Source of the DNA: a bacterium
Lineage (GTDB): Bacteria > UBA8248 > JACPRG01 > G963555815
Length of the DNA: 64,000 bases
NCBI GenBank assembly: GCA_965261595.1
Contig: CBDHDG010000006.1
Span: 1,600,001 to 1,664,000, forward strand
Direction of reading: 5' to 3'
Positions within the stretch are counted from its first letter, which is position 1, and each line of letters starts with the position of its first letter. The notes under the pieces are model-generated. The model was not told the origin of the DNA. It worked only from the letters and a program-made list of their open reading frames with translations, and did not search any database. Made by a program: the position numbers and the translations under genes. This document shows positions 29,622 through 39,398 of the stretch, one piece after another.

Positions 29622-29684
29622 CCAGAACAACGGGCTGGAGAAGGGTGCTCACTTCACTCGCACCTCTCAGCCGCATCGTTAGCG
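29622..29684 (+). mobile_element. Integron attC recombination site
   Basis: CCAGAAC-AACGG-GCTGGAGAAGGGTGC-loop-GCACCTCTCAGC-CGCATC-GTTAGCG: AAC...GTT ends, imperfect palindrome with extrahelical bases, 63 bp; the next ORF starts 13 bp after it. Confidence 0.72.
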
Positions 29685-29696
29685 AGGATATCGAGC

Positions 29697-30545
29697 ATGG
29701 AGGAGATCGCGACGGCAAAGGTTCTGACCATCCGCGAGTGTGGCCACGACGAATACTGGCTCCGGGACAGGATTTTCGAAGATCCTGCCATCCTGGGGTT
29801 GGGCGATCTGCAGGCAGTAATGAGGGAGAAGACGCAGTCTCAAGGAGGTCGACTGGACCTGCTCCTCAAGAAACCCGAAGGTGATGCGATGTTCGAGGTT
29901 GAACTACAGCTTGGTGCCACGGACGAATCGCATATCATCAGGACGATCGAATACTGGGACAATGAGAAACGAAGGTGGCCAAAACGGAGCCACACGGCTG
30001 TTTTGGTCGCGGAGAGGATAACAAACCGGTTCTTCAATGTCGTACACCTGCTGAGCTTGGCGGTCCCAATTATCGGAATCCAGGCGATTGTTATGCAGGT
30101 CGGTGAAACCAAAGGACTCCATTTCAATAAGGTTATCGATTCATACGAAGAACCGGAGGAAGCAGAGACTCCAGAACGGACCTACGATGAGAAACATTGG
30201 GTCGACAAATCCTCGGGAACATTGGAATGCGCGAAGTGGTACAAGGCCTTGCTAGAGAAGTTCTACGGAGAAGTTCCAACGAAGTATTTCGAGACCTACA
30301 TTTCGCTTTCCGTCGGCGACGTTGCTCGGGTTTGGGTTACCAAGCGGAAGAGCAACCGCGCGTTTATTGAAGTGAAGCATGGAGAGGACAACTTCCAGGA
30401 AGCGGTCGACCACCTGAATGGCGAGGGGGTTTCGTTCGGCACGCGGAGCGGAAAATATCTGACGTTCAACGTGAACGCGGAACAACTCAAGGACAAGGCG
30501 ACGACGCATGAGTGGTTGTCAGCGCGGTTGTCGCCCAGAGCATAA
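29697..30545 (+). CDS. Hypothetical protein with an N-terminal PD-(D/E)xK-like (NucS/DUF91-like) nuclease domain; probable integron cassette gene
   Basis: 282 aa, lower GC; E...GRLDLLL...FEVELQLGATDESHIIRTIEYW; lies immediately after attC. Confidence 0.65.
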   Translation: MEEIATAKVLTIRECGHDEYWLRDRIFEDPAILGLGDLQAVMREKTQSQGGRLDLLLKKPEGDAMFEVELQLGATDESHIIRTIEYWDNEKRRWPKRSHTAVLVAERITNRFFNVVHLLSLAVPIIGIQAIVMQVGETKGLHFNKVIDSYEEPEEAETPERTYDEKHWVDKSSGTLECAKWYKALLEKFYGEVPTKYFETYISLSVGDVARVWVTKRKSNRAFIEVKHGEDNFQEAVDHLNGEGVSFGTRSGKYLTFNVNAEQLKDKATTHEWLSARLSPRA

Positions 30546-30686
30546 AACTGAGTGTCCGCAAATCCTCAATTTTCGTCTGTGGTCTATTTCTACTTTGCGC
30601 CCCAAGCCGAAGTACCAGGACGCTTCGCAGACACTCTGCGAAACGTGATTTCCTAACTCGGAGAATAGGACGAGGTTAAACAGCAT

Positions 30687-31262
30687 ATGTCCTGGATATT
30701 TCCCCCCGAAGAACTGGCCCGCCTCGTCAGGCCCCAGCGCTTCAGGCGGTGTCCGCCCTTCAAGACGCTGAGAATGATGGGCCTCCGGAGGGGAATGGAC
30801 GTGGCGGACATCGGGTGCGGTCCCGGGTTTTGGACGCTCCCGGCGGCCCGGATCACCGGAGCGGCGGCCCGGGTCTACGCCTGCGACATCTCCCCCAGAA
30901 TGCTGGCGGCGGCGAGGCAGAGGGCATCGGCCGGCGGCTGCGCGAACATCACATTCAAGAGATCCAGGACGTACCAGGTTCCGTTCGCCCCGGCGTGCGT
31001 GGATTTCTGCATGATGAACTACGTCCTGCACGAAGTGGACGATCCCCCGCGTCTTCTGGCCGAGGCGGCCCGGGTCCTGCGGCCCGGGGGGGTTCTGGCG
31101 GTCTACGAGTGGGCTGTGGTGAAGACCGAGATCGGCCCGCCGCTCTCCGAGCGAATCGGGCAAGCGAAGATAAAGACCTTTTTTCGGGCGGCCGGCGTGC
31201 GGCCCGCGGGATCGTCGAGACCGGACCGCGCCAACTACATCCTTCTCGGCGTCAGGAAATAG
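30687..31262 (+). CDS. Class I SAM-dependent methyltransferase
   Basis: VADIGCGPG motif I, YACDIS, VLHEVDDP and RVLRPGG. Confidence 0.85.
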   Translation: MSWIFPPEELARLVRPQRFRRCPPFKTLRMMGLRRGMDVADIGCGPGFWTLPAARITGAAARVYACDISPRMLAAARQRASAGGCANITFKRSRTYQVPFAPACVDFCMMNYVLHEVDDPPRLLAEAARVLRPGGVLAVYEWAVVKTEIGPPLSERIGQAKIKTFFRAAGVRPAGSSRPDRANYILLGVRK

Positions 31263-31316
31263 CCCTGGACCGGGCCGCCCGAATGTCGCCTCCCGAACCT
31301 GTTCAGGTTTCTTGAC

Positions 31317-31949
31317 ATGCCGCTCGCGGCCATCCTCGGGCTTGGGGCGGGCCTATGCTACGCCCTGTCCCACTTTCTGGTCAGGCTCGGCCTGGGCCGG
31401 TCCAACCCCTCGTCGGCCGTCGCGGTCAACGTCGTGGTCAACGCCCTGGGGTTATGGGTGTTGGCCCTCTTGTTCTCTCCGATCCGTCCCCTCGCGTCGC
31501 TCGCCGCGTGGCCTTTCATCCTGGCGGGATTATTCGCGCCCAGTTTGGCCAGAATGCTCCTGTACGGTGGGATCGCGCGCATGGGCTTGGCGCGTTCGGC
31601 CGCCCTCGTGGGCGCGATGCCCCTGTTCGCGGTGAGCATAGCCGTGATCTTCCTGGGAGAGCGCCCCTCGCCGGGCATCATCACCGGCGCCGTCGCGGTT
31701 GTGCTCGGCGTGGCGGCGTTGAACGCCTCCCGGATTTCGGGCGAAGGGTGGGCGAGATGGACGATCCTGCTTCCATTGGGGGCGGCGCTTTGCTTCGCCC
31801 TGCGCGACATTTTCAGCAAGGCCGGTCTCCGGGACATCCCGCTCCCCTTGGCCGGGGCCGCTCTTGTGGCGACGACTTCCGTGTTGGCCTTTTACTTGTC
31901 CTTCTGGGTTTCAAAAAATCGCGAGAAGATTTTGTTGCTCTTTAAGTAA
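31317..31949 (+). pseudogene. EamA/DMT-family transporter, apparently 3'-truncated
   Basis: One full EamA repeat (..PLFAVSIAVIFLGERPS..) plus about two helices of the second; stops at 210 aa where the sequence abruptly becomes AT-rich. Confidence 0.65.
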
Positions 31950-32103
31950 ATAAATCCATTCTCATCAGCCGTGAAATATCACTATCATATTGATATTATT
32001 GGATAATACACATTATTACTGCTCTTGCTTAGAACTCGCCTTGCGTAGACCGTAATCAAAATGAAAGCGGATTTGTTAAAATGCCCGCGCATCCAGGCGA
32101 GCC

Positions 32104-32595
32104 CCTGTCGGTAACCGTTCGCTCGTGGGGTGATGATGGCGCCGGGGCCAGCAGCGGTCCGTTGTCTTGTCCGAACGTGGTCGCCCCGACCCAGTGCTTT
32201 CGCAATTCGATGGCGGCAGGAGAATCAAGCGGTTGCGGTACACGGCCAAAATTCTCAACATGGTCATCATGTCCGTGCACCCGCCGTCAAGCTAGACCCA
32301 GACGATGCTGTAGTCCGCTCTATCACCCCACGACTGAACGGTTACCCCTGTCGGTAAGCATTCAGTCGTGGGGTGATGATGGCACCGGGGCCAGCAGCGG
32401 TCCGTTGTCCTGTCCGAACGTGGTCGCCCCGACCCAGTGCTTTCGCAATTCGATGGCGGCAGGAGAATCAAGCGGTTGCGGTATACGGCCAAGATTCTCA
32501 ACTTGGTCATCATGTCTGTGCACCTGCCGTCAAGCTAGACCCAGCCGATGCTGTAGTCCGCTCTATCACCCCACGGTTGAATGGTTACCCCTGTC
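32104..32595. repeat. Two tandem 237-bp elements (32110-32346 and 32353-32589) with about 25-bp terminal inverted repeats, separated and flanked by CCTGTC
   Basis: GGTAACCGTTCGCTCGTGGGGTGAT...ATCACCCCACGACTGAACGGTTACC; period 243 bp; CCTGTC at 32104, 32347 and 32590. Confidence 0.9.
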
Positions 32596-32639
32596 GGACT
32601 GTTGCTCCTTCACCCTAACATAAAAAAAGTTCGACCCCG

Positions 32640-33735
32640 TGTATGGGTTCAAGACATATGAGACACCGGGGCCGTTTTTTTGAATGTCTCCAGAACCTGG
32701 GCGGGCGTCAGGTAGTCCAGGGCCCAGTGGGGTCGAATGTGGTTATAGACTTGCTCCCACTCGCGAAGGCGGACGTTGAGCGAGGCCACCGTCCAGGGGA
32801 GTTCGTACACCTCGTAGAACTCCTCCGTATGGGTCCTGTTGGCTCGCTCCACACGGCCGTTGAGCTTGGGCGAGCGGGGCGGCAGCTCAAAGAGCAAAAT
32901 CTCCCGCTCCGCGCACGCGCCTCGAACACCGCCCGGAACTCCGAGCCCCCGTCCACCTGAATCGCCCGCAGCGGGAACGGAGCGCGCGCCTGAAGGGTGT
33001 CCAAAAACCGCCGGGCGCAAAGGGCCGTGGCGCACGAGAAGACCTCCATCACGTCCCAGCGCGAGACCATGTCCCGGGCGGTGAATTGCTTCAACCTCAC
33101 CCCGGCAAGGGGGGAAAGCTCGAGGGTGTCCACCTGGACCAGGTCTCCGGGAAGGCCGGGCACATAGCCCTTGGGCTTGCGCGTGGCGTAAGGCCGCCGC
33201 GCCCGACGCCGCTTCGCGCTCACCACCTTGCCCCTCGGCTCGACCAGCAGTCGCCGGCGCTTGAGATCGGCCAGGATGCGGCCCACCGTCGAGACCGAGG
33301 TCACCAACCCCTCGCGTCGAAGCAGGACCGCCAGCTTGGCCTTTCCCCACCGGGGGTACTGCTCCCGAAGCTGCAAGACCGCCTTCACCAGCTCTGGCGA
33401 CCACGTGGGCTGCCTCACCCGGCGCGGCCGGCGCGTGCGCTCCTGCAGGGTCGGCAGGTCTCGGGGGTCAAACCGCTTCCGCCAGCGGTACAGCGTGGCC
33501 CGGCTCACCCCAAATGTGCTGCAAACCAATTTCGCATTCCCGCTCTCCCGCCAAAGGCTCAGGGCGCGAAGACGAGCCCGGCCCTCGGGGGACAACTCCA
33601 CCGCCCCGTAGCCTCCTGCGCGCAGGAGGCTACGGGGCCACCCAAACACTTGCATCCAGGGACCTCCTCTCTCGTGGCCCCTGGCACTCTACTCCCTAAC
33701 CAAGGAGATGTCTCACATCTAGCTGAACCTATACA
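32640..33735 (-). mobile_element. IS481-family insertion sequence
   Basis: Imperfect terminal inverted repeats TGTATGGGTTCA...TGAGAC and GTCTCA...TGAACCTATACA flanking an rve-type transposase. Confidence 0.82.
32649..33655 (-). pseudogene. IS481-family transposase with a frameshift near 32919
   Basis: HTH (GVSRATLYRW), LVQVDT and IQVDGGSEF in one frame; PPRSPKLNGRVERANRT...YNHIRPHWAL continues in another frame. Confidence 0.82.
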
Positions 33736-33742
33736 CAGCCGT

Positions 33743-35067
33743 CTAGAAGTCATACTTCATGCCGAGCTGGATGTGCGAGGCTTGGCCGTCCGTCGCCTTG
33801 GTCGGGTCGACCACCTTGCCATCGACCTGGGGGTTGGCCTCGCGCCAGCCGTGCATGAACTCCAGTCCGACGGTGAGCCGCGGTACCGGGTTCCAGAAGA
33901 CGTTGGCGTGCAACGACCGCAACTCCGCGTTTTCCGTTGCCGCAGCCTTGGCGGCCAACCCGTTATTGGTGTCGTGGTTGACCCATCCGTAATGGAGGCC
34001 CGAGCGCAAGCTGTCGGTCCACCTATGCATGATGCCGACGAACCCGCCCATCATGGCCTGGCCCTCAAGCCTGCTGTCCTTCAAGGTCGCGATGGCTCCG
34101 CCACCGACCATGTAGCCCGCTATGCCGCTACCTATGTTGATCGTCGCCATCAGCCTGGTGCCTTCGGCTACGTTGACATGCGCGCCTGCATGGAATCCGT
34201 AGACGACCAGGCTTTCGTCCGCGGTACTGACCTCGCGCAGCACGCCGCTCAAATTGACAGCGCCCCAGCCAGGCCGGTATCGCAAAGCCGCCAAGAAATT
34301 CGGCATCCGGTCACCCGAGTCCGACGTTTGAACACTATCGTCATCGACTTTCAATTTCGCCTGCAGGATCGTACTGCTGGGTGTCTCGACCGCGATCTGG
34401 CCGGTGAGATTCTTCCCCAAGCTTTGGGTATACCGGAACTGGGGCTTGCGAGAGATGAGCATCCCTACCGGTCCCTCGAAATCCACCGTCGAGGCGAACG
34501 TGTCTTCTTCCATGAGAATCGACCAGGCCTGCCCCGCGAGCACTCCGCCGACCGTGCCATAGGCGTGGCGCAGCCTGAGGACATTGCCGCCACCGAAGAA
34601 ATCGGTTTCGATCCGCGTGGTCAGAGGCCCCCATGTCGTGGCCGTATGGCTGTCGAACCGGAGGCGCGACTACCTGGCGTGTAAAGTGAAACTCCCGTCC
34701 TTGCTGTCGGATTTGGCGCCATCAAGCTCAATTTTACCGACAGCAAGGACAGGGCCGAGATTGTTGCGGGTATCGTAGATCGTATCGACTTTGACATAGC
34801 CACCAAAAGAGATCGAGGTGTCGGACCCCGGCACCTTCCAGGAACCGGGGCTCTTCCCGGCGACCACAGCCTTCGCCGATGCGGCTGATTTCATCTTCAT
34901 ATCTGCCGGCTTTTGCGAGACCTCAAGCCGAGCCAGCCGTTCACGAAGAGCTTCAATCTGCGCCTTCAACTCGTCGATCTCTGCGGCGTTGACCGACGCA
35001 ACGCCCAGGATGACCGCAGTGCCCACACCGATCAACGCGGCCTTAACATGAATTTTTCGACCGCCAT
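33743..35067 (-). pseudogene. DcaP-like outer-membrane porin, interrupted
   Basis: Signal peptide and coiled coil, FGGYVKVD, HAR*SRLRF (in-frame TAG at 34670-34672), LRLRHAY and C-terminal KYDF; the ATG at 35067 behind an RBS-like sequence is out of frame with the signal peptide. Confidence 0.75.
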
Positions 35068-35202
35068 TAGAAAGTGCCCCTTTTCAAACCAACGTGTTAA
35101 GCCGGAATTTCCCATATCAAATCCGGACAGCCCTGTACCGACCCCTCGTTGCTACTTAACTCAATTAGACCCTTCTCTACCGGACCTGTCAATCCCATTT
35201 CC

Positions 35203-36636
35203 GAGTCAATGCCATTCTTAGTTGAAATTCCGGAGTGACCCCTGGGTGCATGTTAGGCCACCTCGCGCTCGTCGCAGTCAGCCCGAAGGCCGAGCGCAGA
35301 GCGGATGGCGGCCCTCAAGACCTGCAGATGCCGGTAGCCCTGGACCCGGTTCAGCCGAGGCTCGATGTCGAGGAGCGCCGTGGCCACCCAGCGCTGCTTC
35401 TAGTCGCTGTTGCGCCAGTGGTCCACCCTGTCCGTTCGCTGAGCAATGAGCGACATGATCGACTCCAAGCAGTTCGTCGTCTTCAAGCTTCTCCCCAAGA
35501 TGGGAAAGACCCCCAGGCGATGGAGCGTCAAGGCCTCCTCCAGGCCTTCGTCCAGGCTCTTCACCGCCGAGCGGTTGAGCAGCTCAAGCTCTTTGCGAAG
35601 CCTCCCGAGCGCCCCCTTGGCCCCCTCGTAAGTGGGCTCATCATAAGCCGCCTGGAGTTTCCGCCCGATGCGCCCCTGCCGGCCCTTGGGCAGGTGGCTG
35701 AGCACGCCCTCGCGCTTATGCCACTGGCAGCGCTGCACCACCGCGTGTGCCTCAAAAACCCGCCGGATCGCCGCCCGAAGGCCCTTGGAGCCGTAGATCA
35801 CACAGAGCAGACCTGCCTCAGAGCGCAGCCCCCGCTCCACCAACTCCCGCAAAAACGCCGTCAACGCCCGCTCGGTCCCGGTCCCGGTCTGAACAAACCC
35901 CAACACCACCTTTTCGCCCTGAACCGTGATGCCCAGGGCAATCACCATGAGGTCGTCCTCAAAGCGCTTGCCGTCCAGGACCAGGCCCACGAAGTCATAC
36001 CCTTGCAGGGGGGGCGCTCGCAGAGCTCTTTGAGCTTGCGGGCGCTGGCCCGGATGAAGCGGCGCGAGACCGCCGAGGGGGAAAGCCCAAAGGCCTCGGG
36101 CGCCGCCTCGGCGCATCCCTCATAGTCCCGACAACTCAGCCCCTTCAGCACCCGGCGGAACAGCCCGGCATCGGCCCCGCGCGGCCTCTGCAAGCGCGTG
36201 TACGTCTCCAGCGGCGCCTCCTGGCCGGTGAGGCGATTTCTGACCCGAGGAACCTGGATGGGCAGCTTCTGATCGGCCAAATACACCGAGCCTCGCTGAC
36301 GGCCCCACCGCACGTGACCGGCCAAGCCGTCCCCACGACGGCAGCGCGCCCCCGCCAAGCGTGCCACGTCCGCCTTCAGACAATCCCCCACCGCCATCAA
36401 CCCCAAAGGGATCAACGCCTGGAGAGACTCGACCAACGTGTAAGCCGGAGCATGCAGCGCAAAATCCGCCAACGTGACCCGCTTCGGCTCTTCACCCTTG
36501 ACCTGCCTCTTCCCTCGTCGCACCGTGTTCATGGAGCGTCTCCTTTCCTTCGGTGGGTGGATGTGCATCTCACACAACCCAACTCCACCACGGGGGGGGC
36601 GCTCCGTCAATTTTCAACTAAGTTTGGCATACCCTC
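35203..36636 (-). mobile_element. IS256-family insertion sequence, degenerate
   Basis: Inverted ends GAGTCAATGCCATTCTTAGTTGAAA and TTTCAACTAAGTTTGGCATACCCTC; transposase (VPRVR, LVLDGK, QRCQWHKR, TTNCLES) from about 36532 with a frameshift near 36010, D-to-Y in VI(D)GSKGL and an internal TAG at 35400. Confidence 0.82.
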
Positions 36637-36699
36637 GACGGGGGGGTGGGATTCCGCGGCCTCCGTTCCACCGCTCTTATACGAAGCTCACGGCAGATT

Positions 36700-36717
36700 T
36701 GTCACTTTCAGGTGACA
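36700..36717. promoter_or_regulatory. Putative TetR operator downstream of tetR
   Basis: TGTCAC-TTTCAG-GTGACA, same form as the two boxes upstream of tetR. Confidence 0.5.
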
Positions 36718-36744
36718 CTATGGGGCCAATCGGGGCTGCCGTGA

Positions 36745-37443
36745 TCACGCTTCACCGCGTCCCTTGCCTTCTATCGTCCGGTCGAGGATCAGCTCGATTG
36801 CGGCCACAACCCGCCGCCATCCATCCAGCGAGCCCAGGTCGATGCCCGCATACCGGGCGGTCCCACGGGACCGGGCCACCAGGTAGTCGACGGCCCCGAA
36901 GAGGAGCGCGAGGACGGCCGCCGCGTCGGCGTTGTCTCCCTCCGGCAATCCAAGCCTCTCGATCAACTCCTGCGTTCTCGTCTCGCGCAGTTCCCCGAAC
37001 GCGGCGGTGAGGTCGTTGCGCTCGGTCATCTCCCACGCCAGGAGCTCCCGGGTCACCGGCCGCCGCCGGATGGCGCCGAGGTAGCGGACCGCCACCAGCG
37101 CCGCGCGGCCGGACGGCGCCATGCGGCGGAACGCATCCGGATCGGGACCCATCAGGTCCTCGACGGACGGCCAGATGTCCCCTTCCCGGCCATACGCCGC
37201 CAAAAGCTCCGGCAATCCGCCGAAATAACGGTAGATGAGGACCTTGTCCACCCCCGCCTCTTTGGCAACGGCATTGACGCCAATCCCCTTGAAACCCTCC
37301 CGCGCCAAAAGCGCCCCGACGGCTTGGATGAGCTTCTCCCTGGCCACCGCGCGGTTCCGGGTCCGGACAGGCTCATTCGAGGGGTGATCCGTTCCCGATC
37401 CCGCCGTCCGGTTCGGAATCTTTTCCGGCATGGCCGCCTCCAT
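36745..37443 (-). CDS. TetR/AcrR-family transcriptional regulator
   Basis: REKLIQAVGALLAREGFKGIGVNAVAKEAGVDKVLIYRYFGG helix-turn-helix. Confidence 0.92.
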   Translation of the reverse strand: MEAAMPEKIPNRTAGSGTDHPSNEPVRTRNRAVAREKLIQAVGALLAREGFKGIGVNAVAKEAGVDKVLIYRYFGGLPELLAAYGREGDIWPSVEDLMGPDPDAFRRMAPSGRAALVAVRYLGAIRRRPVTRELLAWEMTERNDLTAAFGELRETRTQELIERLGLPEGDNADAAAVLALLFGAVDYLVARSRGTARYAGIDLGSLDGWRRVVAAIELILDRTIEGKGRGEA

Positions 37444-37488
37444 TGTTTACCCGCTGACTACAAGCGAAATCCCGGCCCTTTCCATGAT

Positions 37489-37526
37489 GTCACCGGTTGG
37501 TGAATATATAGTCACTTTTGGGTGAC
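37489..37526. promoter_or_regulatory. Two putative TetR autoregulatory operators
   Basis: GTCAC-CGGTTG-GTGAA (37489-37504) and GTCAC-TTTTGG-GTGAC (37511-37526). Confidence 0.55.
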
Positions 37527-38031
37527 TTTACGAGGCTTTTCCGGGAAATAACGGCCCTTCACTTGGGATGATGGATGAGAAACAAGGCCTTCCGGGCAGG
37601 TGCGCTGGTTATTGGCATCCGCCCGGAAAAAGGGTCATTGCGTGAATTACACGGTTTTCACGGTATAAAAGAGCAGGTGGCGAACCGCCCAATAATATCA
37701 ACCCCACGGCCGCATCTCTTCCAACCCAATCATTTTGCTGTCTAATTTCCATCGGAGGGTGCATATTCCTCGCGACGCAGGCATGAATTTTGACCCTGCG
37801 CTGATCACGGGCTGTCCGGCAATGTCCTTTAAGCCGGGTTTCTCACCAACTTTTGGACGGGATGGTTTGATCGGTGGCTTGTTGCCGTTGGTGTGGGCCG
37901 AGCGGCGCGACGGCGCTCTTTTCGGGTCGGTCCCCGCACCAGATAATGGGGTCATGCATCGGTCGAGGCTTTATCCGAACGGAGGGCCGGAGGGAAAACC
38001 AGCTTCTTGCGGTCGCTTGGACGTTTTTCTC

Positions 38032-38087
38032 TTGACATGCCACAACATCTTGTGTTTTCTTATCAACGAGATATCAACATCATGTGG
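38032..38087 (+). promoter_or_regulatory. dcd promoter region with tandem NrdR-like boxes
   Basis: TTGACA at 38032; CCACAACATCTTGTGT (38040-38055) and TATCAACATCATGTGG (38072-38087), 32 bp apart. Confidence 0.6.
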
Positions 38088-38204
38088 AAAACTTCTCATT
38101 CGGTGCGAATTCCGGCCGCGGGAATCCCTCATACGGCCAGGGCAGTGGCTGCCAGTCCCTCTGGTGGAACCATCAGAAAACGGGAAGAAAGGCGGAACGG
38201 GGTC

Positions 38205-38759
38205 ATGAGCATCAAATCCGACCGCTGGATCAAGTGGATGGCGAAGGAACAGGGGATGATCGAGCCTTTTCAGGAGGGCCAGGTCCGAAACGGGGCGATC
38301 TCATACGGTCTGTCTTCCTACGGGTACGACATCCGCGTCTCCGACGAGTTCAAGGTCTTCACGAACGTCGACAGCTCCATCGTCGACCCCAAGGCGTTCG
38401 ATGAAAAGGCGTTTGTGAACAGAAAGGGTGATGCCTGCATCATCCCGCCGAATTCCTTCGCCCTGGCCCGGACGGTGGAGTATTTCCGGATTCCCCGGAG
38501 CATCCTGACGCTTTGCGTCGGCAAATCCACGTACGCGCGCTGCGGAATCATCGTCAACGTCACCCCCTTCGAGCCCGAATGGGAGGGGTTCGTGACGCTG
38601 GAGATCTCCAACACAACGCCCCTGCCCGCCAAGATCTACGCCAACGAGGGGATCGCCCAGGTCCTGTTCTTCGAAAGCGACGAAGTGTGCGAGGTCTCCT
38701 ACGCCGACCGGAAAGGCAAGTATCAATCCCAGGTCGGCGTGACGCTGCCGAAGATGTGA
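38205..38759 (+). CDS. dcd: dCTP deaminase
   Basis: [40 protein letters not shown] and YADRKGKYQ. Confidence 0.96.
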   Translation: MSIKSDRWIKWMAKEQGMIEPFQEGQVRNGAISYGLSSYGYDIRVSDEFKVFTNVDSSIVDPKAFDEKAFVNRKGDACIIPPNSFALARTVEYFRIPRSILTLCVGKSTYARCGIIVNVTPFEPEWEGFVTLEISNTTPLPAKIYANEGIAQVLFFESDEVCEVSYADRKGKYQSQVGVTLPKM

Positions 38760-38855
38760 GCGGGGGGCCGGCTTATTATCCACAGACGCCGTCCCCGCGC
38801 AGGCAGGGATTACACAGATTACGCAGATTGTTATTGGGTGGGAACAGCGGTCGGA

Positions 38856-39141
38856 CGGGGTCAGGTCTTAAGTTGCAGTATAAACACAGGGCGCGTGGTC
38901 CGCTGGACAACAGCGATCGAATCGGGGTCAGGTCTTACATGCCAACAGTTTGGAGAGCGACGCTCACAAACCAAAAGGGTGGTCAAGACTCACATTTCAA
39001 GATATCGCCCTCGATTCGCGGAACGGCTCTACGGTCCACCACGAACTTGGGGTCGAATAACCCCTCAAGAATTTCCATGACGGTGATGTTGGATTGTAAG
39101 ACCTGACCCCCAAGCACTGCTGAAATAAGTATGGTGTCCCC
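38856..39141. repeat. Cluster of REP-like short repeats
   Basis: GGGGTCAGGTCTTA at 38857 and 38924, inverted copy at 39095-39110; TAAGTATGGTGTCCCC at 39126-39141. Confidence 0.7.
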
Positions 39142-39149
39142 ATAATTCC

Positions 39150-39398
39150 CCCCCGCGCCTTTCCGCCCTTCATCCCACCAAGCCGCCCCAATGCGACCGC
39201 GTGTGGATTCTTGCCCTCGTCCTCCGGTGACACCTCCGGTTCGCCCTCGGTAGCCGCATGGGCTATGCTGGCCGCTAGCTTGTTCAGGTCGGCAGGGTGT
39301 CTCTTTCTTGTCCGCTCGGGCATACCCTAAAGCCAGCACACCTTGACTGAATTTTCCGGGGAATCTGGCACTCGAGAAAATCAAACTGACCCACTACC
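39150..39398 (-). mobile_element. Remnant end of a possible IS1-like element with a truncated small basic ORF
   Basis: GGTAGTGGGTCAGTTTGA (39381-39398, minus strand); ORF from 39323, MPERTRKRHPADLNKLA...KNPHAVALGRLGGMKGGKAR, breaks at the adjacent repeat; family assignment from recall only. Confidence 0.45.

Noticed and set aside
32104..32595. CRISPR array or protein-coding repeat
   Set aside because: The units are 237 bp and nearly identical along their length, with no unique spacers and no cas genes; the ORFs over them resemble no family I recognise.
29016..35402. TAG read as Gln, suggested by three TAG codons at expected Gln positions (intI remnant, porin, IS256 transposase)
   Set aside because: TAG is the normal stop of nuoM(A), nuoH(A) and ntpD, and all three genes carry other lesions; C-to-T decay is sufficient.
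37530..38030. Short ORFs between tetR and dcd
   Set aside because: No recognisable family or convincing RBS, and the longest overlaps the dcd promoter.
38776..38784. Perfect DnaA box TTATCCACA as oriC
   Set aside because: It is a single box with no cluster, no AT-rich unwinding element and no dnaA nearby.
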